Source: Octopus vulgaris (taxonomy: Eukaryota). Taken from it: DNA of 64,000 nt. The translations under genes were made by a program, and so were the position numbers. The DNA is taken from the NCBI GenBank assembly GCA_951406725.2, contig OX597830.1, positions 18,910,001 through 18,974,000 of the forward strand. The letters are read 5' to 3'. The notes under the pieces were generated by a model. The model was not told the DNA's origin. It searched no databases and saw only the letters and a list, made by a program, of their open reading frames with translations. Shown piece after piece: positions 13,460 through 27,589 of this stretch (within the stretch, counting starts at the first letter, position 1; each line of letters begins with the position of its first letter).

Positions 13460-13889
13460 GTAGTAGTAACAGAAAAGAGGAATTTCAGTTGTCCCCACGT
13501 GGTGGATTGTAATGTATATAAGAAAAATAAAAAAGGAAAATACGCACACTTACATGGTTATAGTATAATTTTTAATGTATCGACCGGTTTCGCAATCGCT
13601 ATTCATGATACAATGTTTAATTTATATGAAAATATATTTTTTCTTAAGAAGAAAATGGGTCCATGTTGTTTATAATGAGATTCACGAGTGAATGATTATA
13701 CAAGTTGACAAGTAAAGGGAGGTAATTGGTTGTTATTATTGTTATTGTTGTCTGTAAGGGAGATAACTGTTTAGGTTTTGGGTGGGGAAGAATATGTGTA
13801 CAGAAAGGAGAAAGGATTTTAAAAAAATATAATATGCACGTATGTGTGTGTGTATGCATGTGTATAAACACATATATACATATATAAAC

Positions 13890-14720
13890 ACATAATAACA
13901 CTGACATCTCATTTTAACAGATATATTTACCAAAATTACATGAAAATATCTTGAAATTATAATGAGTAAATTTATTCAAAATAATCACCATTGGTTTCAA
14001 CCACGGCCTCCAGACGACTTCAGAGTCTCCTGCAACACTTCTGGACGATCTCCTTGTCTAAGTTGGTGAATGCTGCCATAATTGTTGCCTTCAGTTCATC
14101 TTTGGTGTTAAAGGATTTTTGTCGGTCACTCACTCAACTGTGCCCCACACATAATAATCAAAGGGGTTGCAATCTGGAGAGTTAGGTGGCCTGATATTAG
14201 GAGTGACGTGGTCACAGAAATTGTCTGACAGCCATGACCGGGTTCTCTTACTTGTGTGGCATGGTGCAGAGTTCTGTTGCCAGACATAGGGTCTTCCAGC
14301 AGCCACCCTCTTGACCCAGGGCAGCACTACCTCCTCCAGGCACTTGATGTAGGCCTCCATGTTGAGTCTGAGGCCATGTGGGAAGATGAATGGAAGCATA
14401 ATGTTACCATCACTAGTGATTACTCCAAAACACCATGATGTTGACTGGCTGTTTGATTTTTATCACACTTGGTACAAGTCCTCAGAATGCAGTTTCCTCA
14501 GATTGACACCCAACCACTCTGAAATGCTCGTATTGGAGCTTCCAGCAGGAAAGCCAAGCAGTACAGCATGTCATTTCTAAATTTCTGGCAGAGTGACTTG
14601 TGTCATGGTGCTGTTCTTCTCACAGACAAAGCCCAACTGACCCTACTATACTGTGTAGTCGACAAAATCAAAATAATGATGCACAGGCATGAAATTAAAA
14701 GATTTACCCATCGCAACCTG

Positions 14721-14724
<4 letters not shown>
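13890..14724 (-). mobile_element. Tc1/mariner superfamily remnant, DD37D (maT)-type
   Basis: YVWQQ(N)SAPCHTS...PPNSPDCNPFDYYVWGTVE has 37 residues between the second and third catalytic positions; TA-flanked end near 14724. Confidence 0.8.
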
Positions 14725-14765
<41 letters not shown>

Positions 14766-15935
14766 TGGGAGTAATCACATAAATGTGAAACAAGGTAGAA
14801 ATAAGAGTATGCAAATAGCAGAGGTAGAGTAATATGCTTTATTAAAAGCAGCAGAAATATCACAAAAACTTTTACTCAGAGTTTCTCGTTTCCGTTCATT
14901 GGACAGTTTTGTTTCTATATATATATATACATACACATATGATGATGATGATATATATATAGATATATGATGAGCTTCTTTCAGTTTCCATCTACCAAAT
15001 CCACTCCCAAGGTTCTGGCAAGATCAAGGCTATAGTAGAAGACACTTGTCTGAGGTGCCATGTAGTGGGACTGAACCCAGAACTATGTGTTTGGGAAGCA
15101 AACATCTTAGCACATAGCCATAGCCAAGCTAGATGGAAGAGAGGCATTATATGATGATGATAATGGTGCTAAAGATGCTGCTACTGATATATATATATAT
15201 ATATACATACATATATATATATATATATACACACAAATACATATATACTATCATATTTCATATTTAATATATGTGGGTAATGTGTATGCATGATATGTAT
15301 GTGTGTGTGTATGTTTGTGTGTGTGTGTGTGTGTGTATGCATGCGTGCGTGTGTGTGTATGCAGTGATATTGTGGTTTGGCCATTCAGCTCAAAATTGCT
15401 TGGCTGAATTCTCAGACTGGGTGGAACATCCTGTCCTTGAGCAAGGCTCTTCATTCAGCTGTTGATTCATTCCACTCAGATAGAAAAGAAAACAACCAAC
15501 ATCTGGAGGTTGGGACTGGTGGGGGAGTTAACCCTTTGATGGACTGCTGTGCAGTTCTGGAGGGAGTTTTGGTTTCCTTGTCACTTAAATGCCACAGACA
15601 CTGGGATAAGCTTTCTAACCTTATGGCTATAGGCTCAAGAATTTAAAATTAACTTTAGACACATGTATATTATGAGTCATGAATTTGGCAAAGAACCACT
15701 TAATTTGTGGGGATGGAAAGACGATCAAATATTGCCTGATACATTATCCTTAATATACATTTCTGTTTGTGTGTGTGTATTATATGTATATATATATTTT
15801 TGTTTCAGCTCAGAGCTGTGGCCATGCTATCTATATATATATCATCATCATCTTTGATTAATGTCTGCCTTCCATGCTAGCATGGGTTGGACGATTTGAC
15901 TGAGGACTAGTGAACCAGATGGCCGCACCAGGCTA

Positions 15936-15996
<61 letters not shown>

Positions 15997-16403
15997 GTGT
16001 GTGTGTATATATATATATATGTGTGTGTGTGTATGTATATATATATATATATATATGTATGTATATATATATGCATACATATAATCAAAACACACCAGGG
16101 ATTTGTGAACAAAACAATGAAAGAGAGAAACAAAAGACACCGAATAATGAAAAAAATATTGTTTGCAGAAAAAGCAAACCCCCATTACCACCAACCCACA
16201 CCTACTCCACCACCACACATATAGTAGAAGACACTTGCCCAAGGTGCCACGCATTGGGACTGAACCCAGAACCATGTTGTTCGTAAGCAAGCTACTTGCC
16301 ACACAGCCACTGCTAAGCTTATTTAATCTCATTAAATCTTAAGTGCCAAATTGGTGAATTGGTCATTAAACTATGTAGGTAGGAATGTTTTTATTTTTTT
16401 TAT

Positions 16404-16716
16404 TATTGTGTCCATTTGGTTTTATGTCCATTAAGCATTGTATTCATTTGGCTTTATGACTGTTCGACATTGTGTCTGATTGGCTTTATGTCCATTTGGC
16501 ATTGTGTCCATTTGGCTTTATGTCCATTCAGCATTGTGTCCTGTGTCTGGTTGGCTTTATGTCCATTTGGCATTGTGTCCATTTGGCTTTATGTTCATTC
16601 AGCATTGTGTCCATTTGGCTTTATGTCCATTCGGCATTGTGTTCATTTGGCTTTATGTCCATTTGGCATTGTGTCCATTTGGCTTTATGTCCATTCAGCA
16701 CTGTGTCCATTTGGCT
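16404..16716. repeat. 16/32-bp higher-order minisatellite
   Basis: Alternating tgtccatttggcttta / tgtccattt(c)ggcattg. Confidence 0.9.
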
Positions 16717-17579
16717 TCTTGGCTTCAGCTTCTTGTCCTTCTGCAAAAGTGCTTTCGGTATCTGGTCCATTTCTAAAAAGAATCAAATGCTGTACATAAT
16801 TATCACCGACTATAAGCTTCATAATAATTAACAAACAAAATTAGGCATGTGTGTTCTATGTGTCTTTTCCTTTATTCCTAAACTTCAAATTCAAATATAT
16901 AATCTGACCAATTATGTAGAAATGATTATTTCCCTTGTATTAACTGCCTGCTAGGAGACACCACACACACACACACACACATATGTGCACATGTACATAT
17001 ATTTGCAAATGCATGAATGCAGGTTTGGCCTCATAGTTGACAAGCTTGCTTGTCAACTATGAGGTCTTGGGTTCAATTCCACTGTGGAATATCTTGTACC
17101 TCAAACCTTTCAAGTGAGACTAGACCGAGAGAATTTGTGCGGAAAAAAATTGTACTTTTAATGCAACAGGCTAATTTAGTCACAGAGTCTGTCAGGCTGA
17201 TTCCGTCTGAGAATTAAATTAAGAGTACATGTGTCTGTGGAATATTTAGCCAATTAGTTTGTAATTCAATGAATAAATAGTTAAAATGATCAAATAACTG
17301 TAATACTCATCATAAAAGCATTGAAGCTGATGGAAGGTCCATTGACTTACATTTTTTTTTCTTACTTCAATATCTGAATGTACAAATGATAATATAAACA
17401 TCTGGCCAATATAAACTTAGTAGTTGACATGTGTTAAATGTGTTGAGAAAGATAAGGTAACAGCAAATATCACCAAATACAAGGTGCCTTCCAGATGTTT
17501 CCAGACTTTTTCAGGAGAAACATTTATTAATTTCAAAAAAGTACAAACCCAAATAGGGCCTTCAGTTTTCAATGTACTT

Positions 17580-17636
<57 letters not shown>

Positions 17637-17852
17637 ACACACAGACACACACACATATATATATATACACACATACATATATGCGACAGGCTTCTTTCAG
17701 TTTCCGTCTACCAAATCCACTCACAATGCTTTGGTCAGCCCAAGGCTATAGCAGAAGACACTTGCCGAAAGTGCCACACAATGGGACTGAACCCAGAACC
17801 GTGTGGTTGGTAAGCAAGCTACTTACTACACAACTACTCCTGCACCTTCATA

Positions 17853-17907
<55 letters not shown>

Positions 17908-18044
17908 GTATATATATATAATGGGCTTCTTTCAGTTTCCATCTACCAAATCCACTCACAAGGCTTTGGTCGGCCCAAGGCTATAGCAGAAGCCACTTAC
18001 CCAAGGTGCCGTACAGTGGGACTGAACCTGGATCCATGCATTGC

Positions 18045-18272
18045 AGCTACTTTGTGAAAGCCCCCCCATGGAAGTTCTTCGAAGTGAAAGTGTCCAGGAC
18101 CCTTGTTACAGCCTCATTCATCTTTCCAATGTCTTCAAAACAACTGCCCCTGAGTTTCTCCTTCGGCTTGGGGAACAACCAAAAGTTACATGGAGCAAGG
18201 TTTGGACTGTAGAAAAGGTCAGGGACAGTTCTGATGCCCATCTCTGTCAAGTAGTTGATTACCAGGATGCTT
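18045..18272 (-). mobile_element. mariner transposase C-terminal fragment
   Basis: YSPNLAPCNFWLFPK.KEKLRG..FE is the YSPDLAP motif. Confidence 0.8.
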
Positions 18273-20310
18273 GTCACTGAGCATACCCTTTTACTTGTTT
18301 CAGTCATTTGACTGTGGCCATGCTGGAGCACCGCCTTTAGTCAAGCAAATCGACCCCAGGACTTTTTTTTTGCAAGCCTAGTACTTATTCTATCGGTTTC
18401 TTTTGCCAAACCTCTAAGTTACAGGGACGTAAACACACCAGCATTGGTTGTCAAGTGATGTTGGGGGTGACAAACACAGACACACAAACACACATACACA
18501 CACACCACACACACACATACATATATACGATGGGCTTCTTTCGGTTTCCGTCTACCACATCCACTCACAAGGCTTTGGTCGGCCCAAGGCTATAGTAGAA
18601 GACACTTGCCCAAGGTGCCATGCAGTGGGACTGAACCCGGAATCATGTGGTTCGGTCGGCCTAAGGCTATAGTAGAAGACACTTACCCAAGGTGCCGTAC
18701 AGTGGGACTGAACCTGGATCCATGTACTTACCACACAGCCACTCCTACACCTATACTAGGGACAAACTTTGCCACACCAACTCCAGACCAACTTCAGACC
18801 AACTCCACACAATTGTCAAACCAACTCTGTTTATTGTCTTTATAGAAAAGCAACAATTTTCATCCAGAAAATTGAGAATTTTCTCAACCAGCTCTGACAT
18901 CTTTCTCCCTTCTACACCTTTCATCATCTCTCATCTCCTCTCAGCCATCCCTGAACCTCATGTGCCAGCAAATAGGTCATCCATAAACAGTCTGGGGCAT
19001 TTTATAAATTTATGTAGAGTTTTTTTTTTTTGCCCAGTTTAACAGAAAAGTTTATTTCATAATGAGTGACCAAACGTCTTCACTGCATTCTGAAAACTAG
19101 TCAGCTGTGACGAGTAGTGCTTATCAGAGTGTGTTGAAAGTGTTGTTAGTCGGCTCCTTCAGTCTGGAATAACAAAAGTTGACAGATCAGTTTCTTAAAT
19201 GTATTGTAAATGAGATACTTAAATTACAATTATCTAGGACGGTTATAACTGCCTCTCTTAAAAATGTCTCAAAACATCTGGAATGCACCTTATACATCAA
19301 CACAGGAGTCTGTTCACTAAAGAGCCTGCCACATCATGGCTGCTTGATCAGCAAGAAATAGCCCCCATAACTTCCTTGACACACACACACACACATATAC
19401 GATGAGCTTCTTTCAGTTTCCGTCTACCACATCCACTCACAAGGCTTTGGTCGGCCCGAGGCTATAGTAGAAGACACTTGCCCACGGTGCCGTGCAGTTG
19501 GACTGAACCCGGAACCATATGATTCGTAATCAAGCTACTTACCACACAGCCACTCCTACAATAAAATGGAATGGTCATGTTTGGAACATCTATAAACACA
19601 GATCAGCCTATCCAAGGTTAAATTACTGCAGTAGCAGCAGCAGCCATTATCAAATAACCAATAGCTCTCTCTCTCTCTCACTCTGTATAAAATAGTTGAT
19701 GTTGTGATGATTAAAAGAATTCCATTCTGTAAATTTATTTTGACCTTGTCTTTCTCATGGGAAAAACCTGCAAGCAGTTAGATGCTTCTTTATATTGGTC
19801 AAATTCTTGTAAACTTGCTCAGAATAGCAGAAGATGAGTGAGCATATCAGTTTACTAATGAAGGAAAGAAAACAAGACATGTCAGTATGTATGCATGCAT
19901 GTGTGTGTGCGAGTGTGTGTGTGTGTATGTGTGTGTGTGTGTGTGTATTTGTCTATTCTGCCCTGGTCCCTTCTTTCATACTTCAGCCACTCATCTCCCA
20001 GTATAAAGCTGTTCCTTTGGGGTTTGTACATAGTCTTGCCAGCTGCATGGCTTCACTAGTGGTGGCGTCATGAAAAGAAAAAAACCCAAAAAAAAACCTA
20101 CACACACAGTACATTCTGTGAAGTGGTTGGCACTGGAAAAGGCAGCCACCCATAGAAACCATGCCAAAGCCGACATTGGAGCCTGATGATGCAGTCCTTG
20201 GACCCATGGATCTTGTAAAAAACCATCCAAGTCATGCCAGCATGGAACATGAATGTTAAATGATGATGGTAGTGGTGGTGGTGGTGGTGGTAGTGATAGT
20301 GGTACTGGTG

Positions 20311-20735
20311 ATGTATGTATGTATGTATGTATGTATGTATGTATGTATGCATGCATGCATGAATGTATGCATGCATGTATGTATGTATGCATGAATGTAT
20401 GCATGTATGTATGTATGTATGCATGAATGTATGTATGTATGTACGCATATATGCATGAATGTATGTATGTATGCATGCATGTATGTATGTATGTATGCAT
20501 GTATGTATGTATGTACGTATGTATGTATGTATGCATGTATGTATGCATGTATGTATGCATGTATGTATGCATATATGTATGCATGAATGTATGTATGTAT
20601 GCATATATGTATGCATGTATGTATGTATGTATGTATGTATGTATGTATGCATGAATGTATGTATGTATGTATGTATGTATGTATGTATGTATGTATGTAT
20701 GTGTGTGTGTGTGTGTGTGTATGTGTGTATGCATT
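20311..20735. repeat. (ATGT)n/(ATGC)n microsatellite, representative of many simple repeats ((TA)n, (CA)n, (GAT)n, (CCA)n, (ATT)n)
   Basis: Direct reading; source of most spurious low-complexity ORFs. Confidence 0.95.
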
Positions 20736-20764
20736 TATGTACGCATGTTTACCGAACCTGTCTG

Positions 20765-21745
20765 AATTTAAATCAAGATAAAATTCAGTTTGGTTTCGTG
20801 CCAGGGAAGAATACTGTTGATGCTCTCTTTTTTTATTAAGGCAATTTTCAAGAGAAGTATTTAGTCAAAAGTAAACTGCTTGACTTGGAATTTGCCGACC
20901 AGGAGAAAGCTTTGACAGGGCCTTAATTTTCTAATCTAGTGGTTCCTGTGAATGCCAGGAGACAATTGGAATCTGAAAGCTGTTTACGTCATGTACAGGT
21001 GTGTTATCAGTAAGGTAAGTGTTGGCAGCGAGTACAACTGTGAATTTAGTCTGCAGGTAAAACTTCACTAGGGCCATAAAGGAAGAGCTTAGACATGAAT
21101 GCTAGTAGGGATTCTTTTATGCTGATGACACCATTCATATAACTGAATCTGTAGTAGAATTAGAGAAGCAAGCTGGCAGAATCGTTTAAGGCGGCGAGCT
21201 GGCAGAATCGTTAGCACACCGGGCGAAATGCTTAGCGGTATTTCGTCTGCTGTTACGTTCTGAGTTCAAATTCCACCAAGGTTGACTTTGCCTTCCATCC
21301 TTTCGGGGTCGATTAAATAAGTACCAGTTATGCACTGGGATCGATATAACGACTTAATCCATTTGTCTGTCCTTGTTTGTCCCCTCTGTGTTTAGCCCCT
21401 TGTGGGTAGTAAAGAAATAGAAATAGAAATTCCAGGTATAGAAGGAAAACCTGGAATCAAAGGAGCTTAACTTGGCAAAGACCAAAGTTCCAGTGAGCAG
21501 GCAAACACATGTGACCCTACTCCCTTCATAAAAATGCGATTGCTTGATATGTAGAAAAGGTGTAGGTTGAAATTTCATATGGTGTCCCCATTGCAAACTA
21601 TACTATGAACTGACAACCTCTGCAGCAGAATCACTGGAAGGTTAACAGAGAAGTAGACTTCATATATGGTAGATGCACAGGAGCAAAATGCACTAAGAAG
21701 ATATGGGGAATAGATTTTCCTGAAACCCTGAGGTGGATTGCTAGA
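20765..21745 (+). mobile_element. Degenerate RTE LINE RT region with SINE insertion (about 21170-21420)
   Basis: QFGFVPGKNTVDALF, F.DQEKA and YADD motifs; frameshifted. Confidence 0.7.
21189..21420 (+). mobile_element. SINE family with Deu/Nin-like domain (gcctt.catcctttcggggtcgat.aa..agtacc); representative copy
   Basis: Many copies, e.g. 805-1010, 6300-6725(-), 21775-21997, 37540-37950, 45478-45880, 49945-50340(-) and 54270-54460(-). Confidence 0.75.
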
Positions 21746-22637
21746 GGAGCTAGGGGAGCATGGCTAAGTGGTTAGCTGGCAGAAACGTTAGCACGCCGGG
21801 CGAAATGCTCAGCAGTATTTCGTCTGTCAGTATGTTCTGAGTTCAAATTCCGCCAAGGTCGACTTTGCCTTTCATCCTTTCGGGATCGATTAAATAAGTA
21901 ACAGTTACGCACTGGGGTCGATATAATCGACTTAATCCGTTTGTCTGTCCTTGTTCATCCATTCTGTGTTTAGCCCCTTGTGGGTAGTAAAGAAATATAA
22001 GTGGTTAGGGTGTTGCACTCACTCATGAGTGTAAGATTGTGGTTTCGATTTTGGCCACCTCGTTATTGCCCCACTTTTCTTCAGTGCCCTTTTCTTCAGT
22101 GCCCTTTTCTTCAGTGCCCTCCTAGTTCTTTCCACTATCCCCAAGAGGGAAGCACCACCTATTTTGGGAAGCACTGATCTAGAACTTTATGTTATAATCC
22201 TATATCTTATCTTTTGTAGATAATTATATTCATATAAAACTAGACTACCTGTGGCATGTTGGGTCACCAATAGTTTCAAGGTACCCCCAAAAAACCATGT
22301 TTCTCAGGATCCCATGGTCTGATTTATGTGAAACTTGTTTTATTCCATTTGTATTCACACTCTGCCAAAGTGGTTAGTGGTCAGAGGAGGATCCAGCCAA
22401 AGACAGACATTGAAACTCAATGTAGTCCTGTGGCTCAATGGTCCCTGTTGAAAAATTCACCCCATGCTAGCATGGAAGATGGATGTTGAGTGATGACAAA
22501 CATGAAGATGATGATGATGATGAGGATGATATTAAGTGATGACCAAGATGATAATGATGTTGATACTATTTCGTGCACATCCAAGAACATGTTGTTCTCA
22601 TATGTATTTACACACACACACACATGCACACATGCAT

Positions 22638-22685
<48 letters not shown>

Positions 22686-23078
22686 GCAGAAATCCAGTGG
22701 TATTCCTGGCAGTCTGTGTCAGCATGGTAATGGAATACCCAAGAACAGTCAAAAGAAATTAAAAGAACAAAAAGAGCTGATTTTGTTTCGTTGCTTTTCC
22801 TGTCTGTCTATGTATGTATGTATGTATGTATGTATGTATCTATCTATCTGTCTATCTATCTATCTCTGTCTCTGCCTGTGTGTCTGTCTCCCTCTCTCTC
22901 TATATATACGTATTTATGTTTGTATGTATATGTCTGTGTGTGTGGATGCATGTGTGTGTATGTATAATATATATATGCATGTATGCATTATATGCATATA
23001 TATATATAGTTGAAATTTACAGAAAAACAAGATGAAGACAGGTGTATGAACAACAAGCGGGTACACACACACACGTGC

Positions 23079-23111
<33 letters not shown>

Positions 23112-23416
23112 TGCCCACACACACACACACACACAGACAAAATGGTTAGTAACATCCTCATAACAGATTTTATAACATTTTTCAAAAATTTGTTTTTAAA
23201 AATCACCTTTACGCTTCAAAAACTTGTATTAAGTAATCCTCATAGACTTACACACACACACACACACACACATATGTATATGCATGTATATAAACACACA
23301 TATATACATACATACACAAATACATGCACACACATACATACACACATAAACATACATGCATACATACACACATCTATGCATATAATTGTACATTGCAATA
23401 TGGCAGTGGTAAAAGA

Positions 23417-23468
<52 letters not shown>

Positions 23469-23618
23469 GTGGTGGTGGTGGTGGTGGTTATAATGGTGAT
23501 TAGGCTGATATTAACAACTGTGTGTTTTTGTGTGTTTATATGTGTGTATGCATGTGACTACATCTCTGTGTATACATACATGTATGCACAAATACTCTAG
23601 ACATGGTGTATGTGCATA

Positions 23619-23846
23619 TACGAGGTGGTGCTAAAAAAAAGGTTTCTGGCTTTAAGAGTGTCATGAAGAGTTTGGTTGGAGGCCCAACCTTCCCGAGTTC
23701 TTTTACAGGGCTTAGAAAAATTGAAGGACCACTGTAATAAGTGTGGGAATCTCGGGGAAGGGGTGGTGGTGGATGTTGAATAAAATTATAATTTACTGAT
23801 CCTCCTGTATTTTCTTTTATCCAAAGCTAGGAACTTTTGAGCATCC

Positions 23847-23852
<6 letters not shown>
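23619..23852. mobile_element. mariner-derived MITE-like element
   Basis: Imperfect TIRs (ta-cgaggtggtgctaaaa..gtttctggcttt / aaagctaggaacttttgagcatcctg), TA-flanked. Confidence 0.5.
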
Positions 23853-23896
<44 letters not shown>

Positions 23897-24203
23897 GTAT
23901 ATATCACGTGACCGACCAGACCATCAGATGTTGTTACACATCGCTGGTCACAATGCACTTCGCAATGTTTTAGCCTTCGAATGACGCCACTCCACTGGCT
24001 AAGCGAGCAGGCCAACAGAAGAAAGAGTGAAAGAAAGAGTGGTGAAAGAGTACAGCAGGGATCACCACCCCCTGCCAGAGCCTCGTGAAGCTTTAAGGTG
24101 TTTTTGCTCAATAAACACTCACAACGCGCGGTCTGGGAATCGAAACCGCGATCCTACGACCGCGAGTCCGCTGCCCTAACCAGTGGTTCATTGCGCCTCC
24201 ACA

Positions 24204-26294
24204 CACATAAAGAAAATGATCGCACATGCACTAGGAGCTAGTATAAGAGTTACCCTAAAAGGCCACACATTTAAATTTAATAATAAAATATATGCCCAGG
24301 ACGAGGGGGCAGCCATCGGTGTTAGTATCGCTGGTGATGTGGCCAACCTCTTCATGGTATGGTGGGACAGAAGGCTTAAAGAATGCCTACTGCAGAAATC
24401 CATACTCGTAAACATGTACTCTCGCTATGTTGATGATATCAATATAGTAGTAAAGGCACCCCCACAAGAGAGTACGGTTGATATAGTAATAGAAACTAAT
24501 ACTATGGAGAGCATCCAGCAAATAGCTAACTCCATCCACCAGAGTATTAAGGTCACAATAGACTACCCCACTAAACACCCCAACCATAGACTACCAGTAC
24601 TAGACACTGAACTCTGGCTAGAAATTGTGAAAAATAAAACCCAAATCCTTCATTCATACTATGCAAAACCTATGGCCTCAAAATACCTGATCCACCGGAA
24701 CTCAGCCATTGCGGGCAATGCCAAATTCAATATTTTGATGGCAGACCTCGTCAGAATAATGAGAAATGTGTCACGCATGTGCGAGCCTACAGAATTAAAG
24801 AGACACATACAGTATTTCATTCACCGCATGCAGTTCTCAGGTTACAGCCATAAAGAAAGGATCAGAGTATACAAAGGAGCCATGAAGAAATTTGATAATA
24901 TATTATGTAATGATAGGAATGGGATTTGCCCACTCTATAGGAACAAGTCATGGAACACTATAGAAAGGACAAAAAAGAAAATAAGGAAGGCCAACTCTTG
25001 GTATGATAGCCATAAATACCAGAGTGTCATGTTCGTTGACACCACCCCTGGAGGTGAACTAGCGTACCGCTTTAGAAGGACCCTAGATAAACTTAAACTA
25101 AGAATTCAGGTTGTTGAAAAGCCAGGCAACCCTATCAGATCTATAATTGGTAGAACCTATCCTTTTAGTAGAACTCTCTGTACGGATAACTATTGCACTG
25201 TATGTAGATTTAGCCCACAAACGAACTGTAAAGCCAGAAATGTGGTCTATAGTATAAGATGTATAGAGGGACGATGCAGTAACAAGACAGTAACATACGT
25301 AGGGGAAACTGCAAGAAGCATTGGTGAGCGGGTGAATGAACATTGGAGACAACTCAAGGAAGGTAAAAGCTCATCGATTCTGTACCAACACGCCGAACAA
25401 GAACACGGGGGATCAATCAATAACATAGAGATTAAGATATTGTCCACACATAGAACAGATGCAACAATTAGACAAATTACAGAAGCTACACATATAATAG
25501 AAAATAAACCTAGCCTGAATAGAAAACTAGAATGGAGCAATAGCGCACACCACAACATATGACAATAGTGGATCCTGCAAACATAATAAATACACAGGTA
25601 ATTAAAGAAATAGAAATGAATATCTATGTGTATGTATATGTGTATATATATGTATATGTATATGTGTATATATGTGTGTATATATGTATATATATATATG
25701 TATATGTATGTGTATGTATATATATATATATATGTATATGTATATTCTTTTTTTTTTTTCTCGATTAGATTTATTATTATTATTACTAATATTGTTGTTA
25801 TACATACATACAAGCATATGTAATGATAATAATGGGTGGATGTAAACACATGAACAAAATTAGAACAAAAGCAACAACAACAAAAACAAAATACAAATTA
25901 CAAGAATGTATATAACCAGAAGATACAAATATTACAGACATCCCCCCCCCCACACACTAAATAAACATAGACGCACATAGAGATATAAGCATGCGCAAAT
26001 GAAGACATACAATAGAAATACAAAATGGCTGACGGTTAGTAAGGAGAGACACAAGTAAGTGAGAAGAAAACAAAGGACCACTGATGCGGTCACAGGAGTG
26101 TGACGAAAGAACTTTGGCCGAAATAAGATTAAGATTAATGTAAAAAATAAATATCACTGAAGCAAAATAACACCAAATATATAGTGCGTGTGTTTTTATT
26201 GGCTAAACTGGCAATATGACCATTCCGAAATATAACAATATCTGTTTCAACACACGACTTCACATAAAAAATCTTGCACAACAAATATTTAAAC

Positions 26295-26295
<1 letters not shown>
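24204..26295 (+). mobile_element. Penelope-like retroelement, 5'-truncated, with open RT + C-terminal GIY-YIG frame (to stop at 25562) and 3' tail
   Basis: ORF 24183-25562 has RT motifs FKFNNKIYAQDEGAAIG, RYVDDI, LPVLD and YAKPM, a Cys-rich linker C-x4-C-x2-C-x7-C, and the endonuclease signature NVVY..C...C...YVGET.RS..ER..EH...H...H...E...LN. Its first codons come from the adjacent SINE. The tail carries a hammerhead-like motif and ends at (TA)n. Confidence 0.9.
26078..26117 (+). ncRNA. Hammerhead-like motif in PLE 3' tail
   Basis: CCA-CTGATGCG-GTCACA-GGAG-TGTGAC-GAAA-GAACTT-TGG. Confidence 0.6.
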
Positions 26296-26326
<31 letters not shown>

Positions 26327-26331
<5 letters not shown>

Positions 26332-27589
26332 GTGAATGGAAGAAATGGAGCTGAACGAAGATTCTACAGAATTCCTTTTATTACATTCTACACATGTTTC
26401 AAAGGCCACAAATTTCCAAATTCTGATTGAATAAGGATACCATATTGCAGCTTTCTCTTCAGGAAAATCCAGGAATTAAGATGTCCAAACAAAACAAAGG
26501 CGCAGCAAGCAACTCGAACAAGAACGCTCCCTAGGAGCCCATGGGGTAAACTGTTTCTCAATGTACGTTGAAATCGGGGGGTTGGTGGAGGTCGACAAAA
26601 AAGTCCATTGGAATAAATCAAGGTCAGGCCGCGGTCAAATCTGGTAGGTGAGGAAATAATGAAAACAAGGGGTATGAAGATATTCTGTGTAACCATAGCT
26701 AATGCTCTGAATATTTTAAGAATTCAGGGTGTCTTATTTAGGTGTGAGAAACTACCTACCTACATGCATGTGTGTGTATGCAAGCCTATGTATGCATGGC
26801 CGTATGGTGGCGAGGGGCACGAGATAGTGAGCACTACTGAAAGAAGCCGGTCAGGCGGCTGAAATAATTCTGTGTTCGTGTGTCCGTCAGTGGCCTGCTT
26901 GTCTAAATTAACCTCGTCAAAAATCAGGGGGGTATAATTCCTGCCCTTGCTTCTAAAAAACCGACCAATCGCCCAAGGGGAGTAATATCCCCTTGCAAAG
27001 TTTATTCAGAGTTTTTTTTAAAAAAATTTTTTCAAAAATTTTTTTCTTTTATTAGGATATTAAGGTGTTAATTGTCTTAGGTGTCATTTATATGTAAGAA
27101 ACGTATGACGCCGCCAATGGGGACATCGAAAAGCAGTCTGTAAAAGCCCGTTTACCAAACGGCCTCTGGCGAACAATATGTGGAAAAGTTCCGAGTTACA
27201 AAGATTACATATCCTTCTGCCTCTATCAAACGGAAGAGACACCAATAAAATCGACCATTCCAGTCTAAATGCTGAATTCGCGTTCTTCAAACGCCAGATA
27301 AGTTTACTAAGTCCTGTCGCTTGATGTTTATTAACGTCAATCAGAATTTGGAAATTTGTGGCCTTTGAAACATGTGTAGAATGTAATAAAAGGAATTCTG
27401 TAGAATCTTCGTTCAGCTCCATTTCTTCCATTCACTAATTATATTAAACTTCAATTATCCGCGCCAACGCACGGTTGCAACACCCTATGGTCATAACTCC
27501 AACCGTGTTTTTTCTGCTGTGATTTTTGCTACCCAGGTATCGGTTAAACTTTTGAATAATCCGTAACGAGATAATTCATCTTTCCATTT

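Noticed and set aside
19991-20839. Long His/Thr/Tyr/Ile ORFs (also at 2464-2988, 22435-23600, 31465-31935, 44129-44828)
   Set aside because: Microsatellite translations without domains or splice support
24183-25562. Host gene, or Naiad-type selenoprotein PLE
   Set aside because: Intronless and 5'-truncated with a SINE-derived start; the endonuclease is C-terminal, whereas Naiads have an N-terminal endonuclease; no in-frame TGA
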